64,000 nucleotides of DNA, taken from positions 12,030-76,029 of the forward strand of contig JBDHBD010000012.1 of assembly GCA_039587755.1 (NCBI GenBank), written 5' to 3'. Under the pieces are notes generated by a model. The model ran no database searches, was not told where the DNA came from, and saw only the letters and a program-made list of their open reading frames with translations. Made by a program: the position numbers and the translations under genes. Below are positions 8,182 to 18,932 of this stretch, one piece after another. Each line of letters begins with the position of its first letter. Positions within the stretch are counted from its first letter, which is position 1. Origin of the DNA: Gemmatimonadota bacterium (GTDB taxonomy: Bacteria > Gemmatimonadota > Gemmatimonadetes > Palauibacterales > Palauibacteraceae).

Positions 8182-10958
8182 GCGCGGCACACTTCGGGGC
8201 GGCCGTATCCCGGAACGAGGACGCCAGGCTGCTCACCGGACAAGCGCTGTTCGTAGACGATGTGCAGCTGGAAGGCATGCTTCACGCCGCCTTCCTGCGA
8301 AGCGACTATGCGCACGCGCGCATTACGAACCTCGACGTGTCGGCGGCGCAGGAGTCCGAAGGCGTGGTCGCAGTCTACACGGCGGCGGACCTCGGAGAGT
8401 ACTGGCAGCCCGGGCCACTACTGGTACCGCCCCAGCCCATCGAGCGTCTGGAGTTTCACTGCGCGACCCAGGTCCCGCTGGCGAAGGACAAGGTGCGGCA
8501 CGTGGGCGAGCCGATCGCGGTCGTGGTCGCCCGCAGCAGGTACGAAGCCGAGGATGCCCTGCCCCTCATCCGGGTAGAGCTGGAGCCGCTTCCGGCGGTT
8601 GCCAACCCCGTGGCCGCGTTGGAGCCCGACGCTCCGCGCATCCATGAGCAATTCGAATCGAACCTGGCCGCGCACGCGATCCAGGAGAAGGGCGATTACG
8701 CCTCGATCGTCGACCAGGCCGCGCTGGTCGTACGCCGGCATCTGGACCACGACCGCGGTGCCTCCGCTCCGATGGAGAATCGGGGCGTGGTAGCGAGTTG
8801 GGATCGGAAGTGCGGCGAGCTGACAGTGTGGGATACCACGCAGGCACCAATCCCCATCCGAAACGGCCTGGCCCGCATGCTCGGCCTGCCGGAGACCCAG
8901 GTCCGCGTGATCGCCCCGTTCATCGGGGGCGGGTTCGGGCCGAAGATCATGATGTTCTATCCCGAGGAGGTACTGCTTCCGTGGGTCACGATGCAGCTCG
9001 GCCAGCCGGTGAAGTGGATAGAGGACCGCCAGGAGAGCTTCTTCGCGACCACCCAGGAGCGCAGCCAGGTTCACGATGCCGAGCTGGCGGTGGACGCCGA
9101 GGGTCGTATCCTCGGAGTGCGCGATGTCTTCGTGTACGACGCTGGAGCCTATAACCCTTACGGCCTCACGCTGCCGATCAACACGCAGTGCACGCTGCTG
9201 GGCCCGTACGAGGTGCCGAACTATTACACCGAGTTCCGCGCAGCCTTTACCAACAAGCCCATCGTGAGCCCGATCCGGGGGGCGGGTCGTCAGCCGGGCG
9301 TGTTCGTCATGGAGCGCCTGCTCGACATCGCGGCCCGGGAGCTCGGAATCGACGTGATGGAGATCCGGCGGCGCAACTTCCTGCCGCCTGACGCCTTCCC
9401 CCACGATCACGGGATCATCTATCAGGACTCCGCTTCACTCGTGTACGACAGCGGGAACTACCTGCCCGCGCTCGAGCGGGCCGCGGAGATGATCGACTAC
9501 CATCGGTTCCTCGACGAAACCCAGCCGGCCCTCCGGGCGGAAGGACGGCATGTAGGGATCGGCATCGTGTCGTACGTGGAGGGCACTGGCATCGGCCCGT
9601 ACGAGGGGGCTCGGGTGAGCATCGAGCCTAGCGGGCGTGTCAACCTGGCGACCGGGGTGGGAACGCAGGGCCAGGGTCACTTTACCTCCTTTGCGCAGAT
9701 CGCGGCTGATCAGCTCGGCGTCGAGGTGGCGGACGTAGAGGTAGTGACCGGGGATACTGGCAAGTTCCACTGGGGAACCGGCACCTTTGCCAGCCGCGGC
9801 GCGGTCGTGGCCGGCAACGCCTGCCACGCGGCGGCTGTGGCGCTGCGCGAGAAGATTCTCGAGCAAGCAGCTCAGGAACTCGAAGCGGCGACGGCAGATC
9901 TCGAGCTCGTGGCGGGCACGGCCCGCGTGAAGGAGGCGCCCGAGCGATCGATCGCGTTCGGCGAGCTGGCGGTGCGTGCCAACCCGCTGCGAGGCGGCGT
10001 GAAGCCCGGTACGGAGCCCGGTCTGGAGGCCACGGCCTATTTCGGCCCCGAGAAGGGGAGCACGGCAAGCGGGGTGCACGCGATGATCGTCGAGGTGGAT
10101 CCCGAGACGGCGATGGTCGACGTGCAGCGGTACGTGGTCGTGCACGACTGCGGCAAGGTGATCAACCCGACGATCGTGAGAGGACAGATCATCGGCGGCG
10201 TGGCGCACGGGATCGGCAACTGTTTCTACGAGCAACTCGTGTTCGATGAGAATGCGCAGCTCCAGAACGCCTCGTTCATGGACTACCTGATCCCCACGGC
10301 CACGGACGTGCCGCCAGTCGACACGGATCACATCGAGACCCCATCCCCGTTCAACCCGTTGGGCATCAAGGGAGCCGGGGAAGCCCTCGCTTTAGAAGGG
10401 AACAGGTGCAACGTGGAGATCCAGTCGGAGTTTGTGTTCAACGGTTCGCGCGACGACCTGTGGGCGAACCTCCTCGACCCGACCGTGCTGGCCAAGGCGC
10501 TCCCGGGCACGAAGCTGGAGCTCGTCGAAGAGGATCGGTACGAGGGCCAGATGGAGGCGACCGTTGGTCCCGTCACGGCAGCTCGTTTTGACGTGACGAT
10601 CGAGCTCGTCGACAAAGTGGCGCCCGAGAGCTTCACGATGCGGGTCGATGGGAAGGGGGCCGCAGGCTTCACGAAGGGCACGGCGTTAGTGCAGCTGGCG
10701 GAGCAGGGACCGACTGAAACCCTGATGAAGTACACGGCCGATCTACAGGTCGGAGGTCGGATCGCCGGGGTGGGCCAGCGGCTGTTGGACTCGGTGGCGA
10801 ACAGCATGTCGCGTCAGGGCCTGGAGGCGATCAACCGGCATCTGCAGGGCGAAGCGCCTGCCGAGGCCGCCGCACCGCTCCAGCTGCTCTCCCGACCTGT
10901 TCTGGCGGCGATCGCGGTCGTCATCATCGTCGCTGTCCTGCTCGTGGTGCTGCTGTGA
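8178..10958 (+). CDS. Xanthine dehydrogenase/CODH-family molybdopterin-binding large subunit. Its C-terminus is fused in frame to a CoxG-like SRPBCC domain and a transmembrane anchor.
   Basis: The ATG at 8178 overlaps the small-subunit stop (ATGA). Aldehyde-oxidase/XDH a/b-hammerhead and MoCo-binding regions are present, with the active-site loop PIRGAGRQPG near 9265-9295. After NPLGIKGAGEA (~10380) the usual CoxL C-terminus is replaced by a ~150-aa CoxG-like domain (LWANLLDPTVLAKALPG...MEATVGPV...DGKGAAGFTKGTALVQL...GGRIAGVGQRLLDSVA). The protein ends with the hydrophobic helix PVLAAIAVVIIVAVLLVVLL. Confidence 0.85.
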   Translation: MSAAHFGAAVSRNEDARLLTGQALFVDDVQLEGMLHAAFLRSDYAHARITNLDVSAAQESEGVVAVYTAADLGEYWQPGPLLVPPQPIERLEFHCATQVPLAKDKVRHVGEPIAVVVARSRYEAEDALPLIRVELEPLPAVANPVAALEPDAPRIHEQFESNLAAHAIQEKGDYASIVDQAALVVRRHLDHDRGASAPMENRGVVASWDRKCGELTVWDTTQAPIPIRNGLARMLGLPETQVRVIAPFIGGGFGPKIMMFYPEEVLLPWVTMQLGQPVKWIEDRQESFFATTQERSQVHDAELAVDAEGRILGVRDVFVYDAGAYNPYGLTLPINTQCTLLGPYEVPNYYTEFRAAFTNKPIVSPIRGAGRQPGVFVMERLLDIAARELGIDVMEIRRRNFLPPDAFPHDHGIIYQDSASLVYDSGNYLPALERAAEMIDYHRFLDETQPALRAEGRHVGIGIVSYVEGTGIGPYEGARVSIEPSGRVNLATGVGTQGQGHFTSFAQIAADQLGVEVADVEVVTGDTGKFHWGTGTFASRGAVVAGNACHAAAVALREKILEQAAQELEAATADLELVAGTARVKEAPERSIAFGELAVRANPLRGGVKPGTEPGLEATAYFGPEKGSTASGVHAMIVEVDPETAMVDVQRYVVVHDCGKVINPTIVRGQIIGGVAHGIGNCFYEQLVFDENAQLQNASFMDYLIPTATDVPPVDTDHIETPSPFNPLGIKGAGEALALEGNRCNVEIQSEFVFNGSRDDLWANLLDPTVLAKALPGTKLELVEEDRYEGQMEATVGPVTAARFDVTIELVDKVAPESFTMRVDGKGAAGFTKGTALVQLAEQGPTETLMKYTADLQVGGRIAGVGQRLLDSVANSMSRQGLEAINRHLQGEAPAEAAAPLQLLSRPVLAAIAVVIIVAVLLVVLL

Positions 10959-10992
10959 ACGGCGAGACCGACGTGGCGAAGGGAGCCGCGCT

Positions 10993-11888
10993 GTGAAACC
11001 CGCCCCGTTCCGGTACCTCCGGCCCGGCACGGTCGACGATGCCCTGGATCTCCTGACCGAGCACGGCCCGCAGGCAAAGCTGCTGGCCGGAGGACAGAGC
11101 CTCATCCCCACCATGAACTTCCGTCTCTCCCAGCCGGCCGTCCTCATCGACCTCAACCGGCTCGGAGAGCTCGCGGGAATCGAAGAGAGCAGGCGCGGTC
11201 TGATGATCGGGGCGATGACCCGCCAGCGGGCGGCGGAGCGTAGTGGTGCCGTTCGTGATCGCGCCCCGCTGTTGAGCGAGGCGATGCCCTTCATCTCCCA
11301 CCCGCAGGTCCGAAACCGCGGTACGATCGGAGGAAGCCTGGCCCATGCCGATCCGGCGGCCGAACTGCCGGCCCTCATGGTCGCCCTGGACGCGGAATTC
11401 CTCGTGCGCGATCGAGACCACCAACGCCGGATCGCGGCCGCCGACTTCTATACGGGGCTGTTCGCTACGGCCCTCGCCCCGGACGAGATGCTGTTGTCGG
11501 TCGAAGTGCCGAAGACTCCGAAACGGACCGGCTGGGCGTTCGAGGAGATCTCACGTCGACACGGTGACTACGCGCTGGTCGGGGTCGCCACGACCATCAC
11601 GCTCGACCGAAAGGGGCGCTGCGACGGAGCGCACATCGTGCTGTTGAGCGTGGGCGATGGGCCGGTCGCGGCCTCGCAAGCGGTCGCGGGGCTCGCCGGG
11701 GAGGAGCCCACGGCAGACGCGATTCGGCAGGCCGCCGAGGTGACCGCGACGCGCGACATCGACCCGCCGGCCGACATTCACGCCTCGGCCGCCTACCGCC
11801 GCCAGCTCGCCCGCGTGCTCACCACCCGGGCCCTCACTCGGGCGGTCGCTCGGGCGCAGGGGGCAGAGGTTTCCGAAACCGGGGCGCG

Positions 11889-11892
<4 letters not shown>
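10993..11892 (+). CDS. Xanthine dehydrogenase/CODH-family FAD-binding medium subunit (CoxM-type)
   Basis: FRYLRPGTVDDALDLL...AKLLAGGQSLIPTMNFRL...RNRGTIGGSLAHADPAAELPA is the typical FAD-binding PCMH domain plus the CO-dehydrogenase flavoprotein C-terminal domain. The start is GTG. Confidence 0.85.
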
Positions 11893-13328
<1,436 letters not shown>

Positions 13329-13413
13329 CGCTTGCGGTCAGGACGCTGACGCCTGCAGCGAGCGGCTGGTTCGGACGGCTCCCGCATACGATCGTCGCGT
13401 TGGAGAGCATGGC

Positions 13414-14604
13414 ATGCCCAAGCCCTTAGAAGGCCTCAAAGTCCTGGATATGACGCGGGTCCTCGCCGGCCCCTACTGCACGATGATGCTGGGAGACATG
13501 GGGGCGGACGTCGTGAAGATCGAACGGCCAGGGGCCGGCGATGACACGCGGGGCTATGGCCCGCCCTTCGTCAACGGCGAGAGCGCGTATTTCATGAGCG
13601 TCAACCGCAACAAACGCAGCCTGACGCTCGATCTCAAGCGACCGCAGGGTCTGGACCTGCTCCGGAAGCTACTCGAGACGGCTGACGTGCTGGTCGAGAA
13701 CTTCCGGCCTGGAAGGTTGGAGGCGTTCGGGTTCGGCTACCGAGCGGTGAAGGAGATCAACCCGAGTCTCGTCTACTGCTCGATCTCGGGTTACGGGCAC
13801 ACGGGGCCCAAGAGCAAGCTGCCCGGCTACGACCTGATCATCCAGGGCGAGGGCGGGATCGCCAGTCTGACGGGAGACCCCGACGGCCCGCCCTTCAAGG
13901 TCGGGACCTCGCAGGCTGATATCGTGTCGGGCATGATGGCGTTGCAGGGGATCCTGCTGGCCTTGCTGACGCGCGAGCGCACGGGGCAGGGACAGCTGGT
14001 GGATGTCGGCATGCTCGACTGCCAGGTCGCGTTGCTCACCTATCAGGCCGGCATCTACTTCGCCACGGGCGAGAGCCCCACCCGCATCGGCAATCGGCAT
14101 CCGACCATCTGTCCGTACGAGACGTTCCGGTGCGCGGACGGCTATGTGAACCTCGCGTGCGGCAACGATTCCCTGTGGCAGAGGTTCTGCAAGGTGGCAG
14201 GCCTGAGCGATTCGGCACAGGACGCGCGCTTCCGTACCAACGCCGACCGGGTGGCGCATGCCGACGAGCTGCGGGCCCTGCTGGAGCCTGTCATGATGGA
14301 GAGATCGGCAGCGGACTGGATCGCCACGCTGCGGAGTCACGGCATACCGTGTGGACGAATCCAGTCGGTGAAGGAAGTCTGCGACGACCCGCATGTGCTC
14401 GCCCGGGAGATGGTCGTCGCGCTGCAGCATCCGGAGGCAGGCCCAATTCAGGTCACGGGAGTGCCGATCAAGCTGTCGGACACTCCCGGTGCGGTCGAAA
14501 CGCCGCCGCCGTCGCTCGGCCAGCATACGGCCGAAGTTCTGTCCGACTGGCTGGACCTGAGCGAGGCCAAAGCGGACGAGCTGCGCGAGGAAGGCGTCGT
14601 GTAG
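13414..14604 (+). CDS. Class III CoA-transferase (CaiB/BaiF/Frc family)
   Basis: LEGLKVLDMTRVLAGPYCTMMLGDMGADVVKIERPGAGDDTR...YFMSVNRNKRS... is a diagnostic family III CoA-transferase N-terminus. Confidence 0.85.
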   Translation: MPKPLEGLKVLDMTRVLAGPYCTMMLGDMGADVVKIERPGAGDDTRGYGPPFVNGESAYFMSVNRNKRSLTLDLKRPQGLDLLRKLLETADVLVENFRPGRLEAFGFGYRAVKEINPSLVYCSISGYGHTGPKSKLPGYDLIIQGEGGIASLTGDPDGPPFKVGTSQADIVSGMMALQGILLALLTRERTGQGQLVDVGMLDCQVALLTYQAGIYFATGESPTRIGNRHPTICPYETFRCADGYVNLACGNDSLWQRFCKVAGLSDSAQDARFRTNADRVAHADELRALLEPVMMERSAADWIATLRSHGIPCGRIQSVKEVCDDPHVLAREMVVALQHPEAGPIQVTGVPIKLSDTPGAVETPPPSLGQHTAEVLSDWLDLSEAKADELREEGVV

Positions 14605-14617
14605 GAGGAGAATCAAA

Positions 14618-15406
14618 ATGAAGCCATACGATTTGTCGCAGCCGCTGAATCAGGACGTGTTCTTCTGGCCCTACTATCCGCCGTTCGAAGTGAAGTACAT
14701 CAAGCGGAAGGTCGAGCACGGGGTGAACGCCCAGTACATCCAGACCTCGAACCACATGGGCACGCACCTCGATGCACCCCGCCACTTCGTCACCGGTGGC
14801 ATGACGATCGATCAAATTCCGCTGGAGTGGCTTTACGGGCCGGGCGTTATCGTCGACCTGACCGAGGAGATGGACGATGTAGCGGCCTACACGCCCGAGC
14901 TGATAGACGGCCGCGTGGAGGTACGAGAGGGAGACATCGTGCTGCTTCATACCGGCTGGCACCGTTACGCCCAGTTCGGATCGGAAGCGGATGAAGAGCG
15001 CTATGTCCATCGCCACCCGGGTGCGCACCCGGACATGGTGCCGTGGTTGTTGGAGAAGAAGGTCCACATCTGGGGTGTGGACGCCATCTCCACCGACCAT
15101 CCCATGGACCTTCCCATCGGACGGTTCCTGGGGAAGGGAACGTTCGGACACTGCGACCGCGTGCGGCAACTGGCCGAGGAGAAGTTCGGGGGCAAGGAAG
15201 CCGTGGATCGGCTGTTTCCCGACGAGGACTATCAGCTCACCCACAACAAGCTGTTCCCCCACAACTGCATGCACGTGGAGAACCTGGGCGGCGACATCTC
15301 CGCACCGGAGCTACAGAACCGCCGTCTGACGCTCGGCGTATTTCCTTGGAACTTCAAGGGCGGCGAGGCCGCCTTCGCCCGCGTGATCGCGTTCGTCGAA
15401 GAGTAG
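14618..15406 (+). CDS. Cyclase-family metal-dependent hydrolase (kynurenine formamidase/isatin hydrolase-like)
   Basis: The HMGTHLDAPRHF motif, with a downstream D/H-rich metal-binding pattern (HTGW..., DHP), matches the 'putative cyclase' family. Confidence 0.8.
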   Translation: MKPYDLSQPLNQDVFFWPYYPPFEVKYIKRKVEHGVNAQYIQTSNHMGTHLDAPRHFVTGGMTIDQIPLEWLYGPGVIVDLTEEMDDVAAYTPELIDGRVEVREGDIVLLHTGWHRYAQFGSEADEERYVHRHPGAHPDMVPWLLEKKVHIWGVDAISTDHPMDLPIGRFLGKGTFGHCDRVRQLAEEKFGGKEAVDRLFPDEDYQLTHNKLFPHNCMHVENLGGDISAPELQNRRLTLGVFPWNFKGGEAAFARVIAFVEE

Positions 15407-15465
15407 CGGCTTCGAGGGGTCTGGGCCGAAGCAGATACAAACGTAGATCCCATTAGGGGTCAAAT

Positions 15466-16058
15466 ATGAGACGTGTGAGGCTGAGAAGGCTGATGCTCTT
15501 CGCGGCGGCCGCCTTCGTAGTGCTCATCGGCGTCTATCTGCTCGCGATCCGACCATGGCACTTGAGGTGGGGCGCCACGGATGAGGAGGTTGATCGTCCG
15601 ATGCCAGGCGACGAGATCAACGCTCAACCGTCCTTCAACGGCACCCGTGCCGTCACGGTACGCGCGCGTCCGGATTCTACAGCTACGACTGGATCGACAA
15701 CGACCGGATACCGAGTGCCGACCGCATCATACCCGCGTATCAGGATTTGAAGGTCAAGGGCCTCATACCGATGGCTTCGGATTCCTATGCGGAAGTGGTG
15801 GCATTAGACCCTGGGCGATCGATGTTGTGGGTGTTTCGGGTGGAGGGTCAGTGGAAGAACGCCACCTGGGCCTGGGGGCTCTACCAGGAGGACGTGCATC
15901 ACACCCGGCTGGTCAGCCGGTTGCGGGTCACCTACAAATGGGGGCGCTTGAGCATCATCCCAATGCTATTCGTCGACGCTGTAGAGCTTGTGATGATGCG
16001 GAAATGTCTGCTCGGTATCAGGGACAGAGCCGAGCGGCTCGCGCGGGAAGCCACATAG
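15466..16058 (+). pseudogene. Membrane-anchored SRPBCC-like hypothetical protein, disrupted by a +1 frameshift, probably with a small deletion around 15650-15670
   Basis: The 15466..15750 ORF (MRRVRLRRLMLFAAAAFVVLIGVYLLAIRPWHLRWGATDEEVDRPMPGDEI...NGTRAVTV) stops shortly after the shift. Read in the +1 frame, the same DNA continues as RASGFYSYDWIDNDRIPSADRIIPAYQDLKVKGLIPMASDSY..., which is exactly the N-terminal extension of the 15747..16058 ORF. The two ORFs therefore form one interrupted gene. Confidence 0.55.
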
Positions 16059-16160
16059 TCGCTTGTGGCTGACCACGAGCCGTCCGACACGGCCTGCTGC
16101 GGGATCGAGTGATGGTCACGGGCGCGTCCAAGTATCACATGGCACGGAGGTGAAACGGCG

Positions 16161-17567
16161 GTGAAAGGCCACACCGACATCGCGCTCCTCTCCGCCGCGG
16201 AGCTGCGGCGCCGAATCGAGGCGGGAGAGCTGTCGCCGGTCGAGATCGTCGAGGCGTGCCTCGCACGGATCGAGGTCCACAATGAGTTCATCAACGCGGT
16301 CGTCACTCTGTCGACCACCGCCCTGGACGAGGCCCGAGATCTGGAGCGCCGAGCAGCAGCCGGCGAGGATCTCGGTCTGCTGCACGGACTCCCGGTGGGC
16401 ATCAAGGACGTGACGCCCGTCGCCGGCATGCGCACCACGTACGGCTCACCTCTGTACGCCGATCACGTGCCAACCGAGGACGCGCTCGTCGTGCGTCGGC
16501 TGCGTGAGGCGGGCGCCATCGTGCTCGGAAAGACCAACACGCCGGAGTTCGCCGCCGGGGCCAACACCTTCAACGAGGTGTTCGGTCGGACTCGAAACCC
16601 GTGGGCCCCCGCTCTCAGCGCCGGTGGTTCCACTGGTGGAGGTGCGGCGGCTCTGGCCAGCGGGATGGTGGCGCTGGCCCAGGGAACGGATCTGGGCGGC
16701 TCGCTACGGATTCCGGCCTCCTTTTGCGGGGTCGTGGGCTTGCGTCCGTCACCCGGTCTCGTGCCCACCCATCCCGCCGACCACGTGTGGGACGACCTCG
16801 ACGTCACGGGGCCGATGGGCCGGACGGCCGAAGACGTAGCTCTCATGCTGCAGGCGGTGTGCGGAGCCAGCCCGCTGTCGCCCGTTGTGCAGCCGACGAG
16901 CGGACGCGATTTCGTGGACGCGGTACGTCGGGGCCCTGCGGAAGGGCTCCAGGTCGCCTATGTGCGAAACCCGACAGGATTGGGAGTCGACTCCGAGGTG
17001 GAGCGGGTGTGCCGGAGCGCCCTGGACGCACTCGCCGCCGACGGAGCGAGCGTCGAGGAGATCGAGCTCGACCTCTCGTACGCCTTCGACGCGTTCCTCG
17101 CGATCCGGGGTCGTTGGATGGTCGCTTCCCACTTCAGCCGACTGGATCGGTTGGACGAGCTGGGGGAGAACCTGCGCGGCAACATCGAAGTGGGACTCTC
17201 CGTGACCGCGGAGCAACTCGCCGCGGGGGAGCAGGCCAGAGGTCGCCTGTGGCAGGAGATGGGGCGACTCTTCGAGCGCGTCGACCTCCTGCTCACGCCC
17301 TGTGTGGCCGTTCGACCGTTTCCGGTCGAGCAGAACCATCCCGACGAAGTCGGGGGCCGTCGCATGAAGAGCTACATTGAGTGGTTCGCCCCCACCTTCA
17401 TCTTCAGCCTCTCGGGGCTGCCGGTCGCCTCCGTGCCGGGCGGGCTGGACGCAGGCGGCCTCCCCGTGGGCCTGCAGATCGTCGGCCGTCCCCAGGGCGA
17501 GGAGGCAGTGCTGGCCCTCGCGGGCCGAATCGAGGCGCTACACCCGATCGGGCACCCGCGGCTGTGA
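16161..17567 (+). CDS. Amidase-signature (AS) family amidase
   Basis: GLPVGIKDV...GGSTGGGAAALASG...GTDLGGSLRIPASFCGVVGLRPS is the canonical amidase signature with a Ser-cisSer-Lys arrangement. The GTG start is preceded by GGAGG. Confidence 0.85.
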   Translation: MKGHTDIALLSAAELRRRIEAGELSPVEIVEACLARIEVHNEFINAVVTLSTTALDEARDLERRAAAGEDLGLLHGLPVGIKDVTPVAGMRTTYGSPLYADHVPTEDALVVRRLREAGAIVLGKTNTPEFAAGANTFNEVFGRTRNPWAPALSAGGSTGGGAAALASGMVALAQGTDLGGSLRIPASFCGVVGLRPSPGLVPTHPADHVWDDLDVTGPMGRTAEDVALMLQAVCGASPLSPVVQPTSGRDFVDAVRRGPAEGLQVAYVRNPTGLGVDSEVERVCRSALDALAADGASVEEIELDLSYAFDAFLAIRGRWMVASHFSRLDRLDELGENLRGNIEVGLSVTAEQLAAGEQARGRLWQEMGRLFERVDLLLTPCVAVRPFPVEQNHPDEVGGRRMKSYIEWFAPTFIFSLSGLPVASVPGGLDAGGLPVGLQIVGRPQGEEAVLALAGRIEALHPIGHPRL

Positions 17568-17634
17568 GCGGTCTCGACCATCTCAGCTGGATCCGGACGT
17601 CACGCCGCGTCAGAAGCTCAGACGGAGAGAAGGG

Positions 17635-18300
17635 TCAACACGAAACCAGGCAGATGGGAAGAACACGCACTCCGACTGGAATTAGCGCGAGATTCATTCG
17701 TGAAGTGGTACCAGAACCCAACTGATGGGGAGCGCGCCCTCTGCTCTCCAATGGAATCATGATGTGAGCGTACGCGGTGTTGGGCCACATGACCCACGGC
17801 CCGCCGTTCAGGTGATCCGTGGAGATGTTGTCCAGCAGCTTCTTGTCCGGCACGACAATCATGAGGTGTGGGCCCAGGTCGGTTACCCAATCCTCTGGGC
17901 CTGTGGGCTCCGTCGCATACGGATCGCTGTTGCTGACCGGCGAGTCACCCTGGAGCATGTAAGCGAAGCCGATCTCTTTGTACGTCGGCTCGGTCTTGTT
18001 CACATAGGCGTTCAAGAAATCCTTCCACGCCTCGGTAATGCACCACGGATTCGTGCCAAGCCTGTCAGCTTGATCCGGGAGGCACGTCCACTCGTTTATG
18101 CCCTCTTGCAGCACGTTCATGTTCCAGTCCACGATCGTGGCGTCGGCCGAAATGGAGCTGGGAGCGGCGCTCATGGCGCTCTTGATTTGCGCCTCCGACT
18201 CAGGCGAGGCGTATTCCGCCTGTTGAGCGGCTACCGTCGGTGGTGCAGCAGTGAAGAATAGCAGCGCAGCTAGGGCGGGAAGAACATATTTGGCGTACAT
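17635..18300 (-). CDS. Secreted hypothetical protein
   Basis: Signal peptide MYAKYVLPALAALLFFTAAPPTVAAQQ. No recognisable domain. Confidence 0.55.
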   Translation of the reverse strand: MYAKYVLPALAALLFFTAAPPTVAAQQAEYASPESEAQIKSAMSAAPSSISADATIVDWNMNVLQEGINEWTCLPDQADRLGTNPWCITEAWKDFLNAYVNKTEPTYKEIGFAYMLQGDSPVSNSDPYATEPTGPEDWVTDLGPHLMIVVPDKKLLDNISTDHLNGGPWVMWPNTAYAHIMIPLESRGRAPHQLGSGTTSRMNLALIPVGVRVLPICLVSC

Positions 18301-18434
18301 CGTGACCTCCTTGACCTGGTACGAGCGGGATGTGGTAACCAGCAGCGAACTCCACCATAGGGAACTCGAAGAGAAAGAAAGAAGGGGCGGCCGGAGCGCG
18401 CGCCGCCCTCTCTTTGTGATCAGACCGCTCGGCC

Positions 18435-18749
18435 TTAGCTGCGGACCGGGATCCTGTGGAAGGTCGAGTTGGACACCTCGTAGGTCCGGACCACGGGCGT
18501 TCCGTCGACGACGTTCGCCAGGCCCTTCAGGACCTCGGCATAGCCGTCGCGGCTATACTCGTCCGCGCTCTCCCTCTTGTCCCACAGGCTGATAGCCACG
18601 GCTTGCGTTCCGTCCGAGTCGAGGAAGGTGAGCTCGTCGGCGAAGCCGCTGTGCTTCCGAAGCAGGGGGACGATGTCCCTCTCGAGCGTCCGCGTGAACT
18701 CACCGGCGGAATTCGGCTTGAGATTCATGGAGACGTTGCGTGCGAACAT
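18435..18749 (-). CDS. Small ABM/Dabb-like (stress-responsive alpha/beta barrel) protein
   Basis: 104 aa. Its size and pattern resemble antibiotic-biosynthesis-monooxygenase-fold proteins. Assignment is weak. Confidence 0.5.
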   Translation of the reverse strand: MFARNVSMNLKPNSAGEFTRTLERDIVPLLRKHSGFADELTFLDSDGTQAVAISLWDKRESADEYSRDGYAEVLKGLANVVDGTPVVRTYEVSNSTFHRIPVRS

Positions 18750-18782
18750 TTTTTGGACTCCTTGGTTTAGGGTGGCGTTCTG

Positions 18783-18800
18783 TTAACTCTAATTAGTTAA
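18783..18800. promoter_or_regulatory. Candidate operator: an imperfect inverted repeat TTAACTCTAATTAGTTAA with a perfect CTAATTAG core. It lies in the AT-rich intergenic region upstream of the HTH regulator gene and abuts a possible -35 (TTGCTT at 18801-18806).
   Basis: Seen directly in the sequence. The AT content of 18750-18930 contrasts with the rest of the window. Confidence 0.4.
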
Positions 18801-18932
18801 TTGCTTGGCAAGCTAGCACGCTTTACTGTATCTGTCAAGTACACCACGGAGCCGGGCAGAGATTGCGAGAGCCGATATCCGCGCTTAACCTTATTCTGTA
18901 AATCGCGACTGAGGCGTCAAAGGGGGTACCGC

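Noticed and set aside
8418-10331. Minus-strand ORFs 8418..9410 and 9435..10331 inside the molybdopterin subunit gene
   Set aside because: Antisense shadows; the plus strand carries the full-length conserved enzyme.
18801-18932. Upstream part of ORF 18801..19802 (MLGKLARFTVSVKYTTEPGRDCES...)
   Set aside because: It lies in the AT-rich leader containing the palindrome and promoter-like elements. The ATG at 18933 has a good RBS and begins exactly at the HTH domain.
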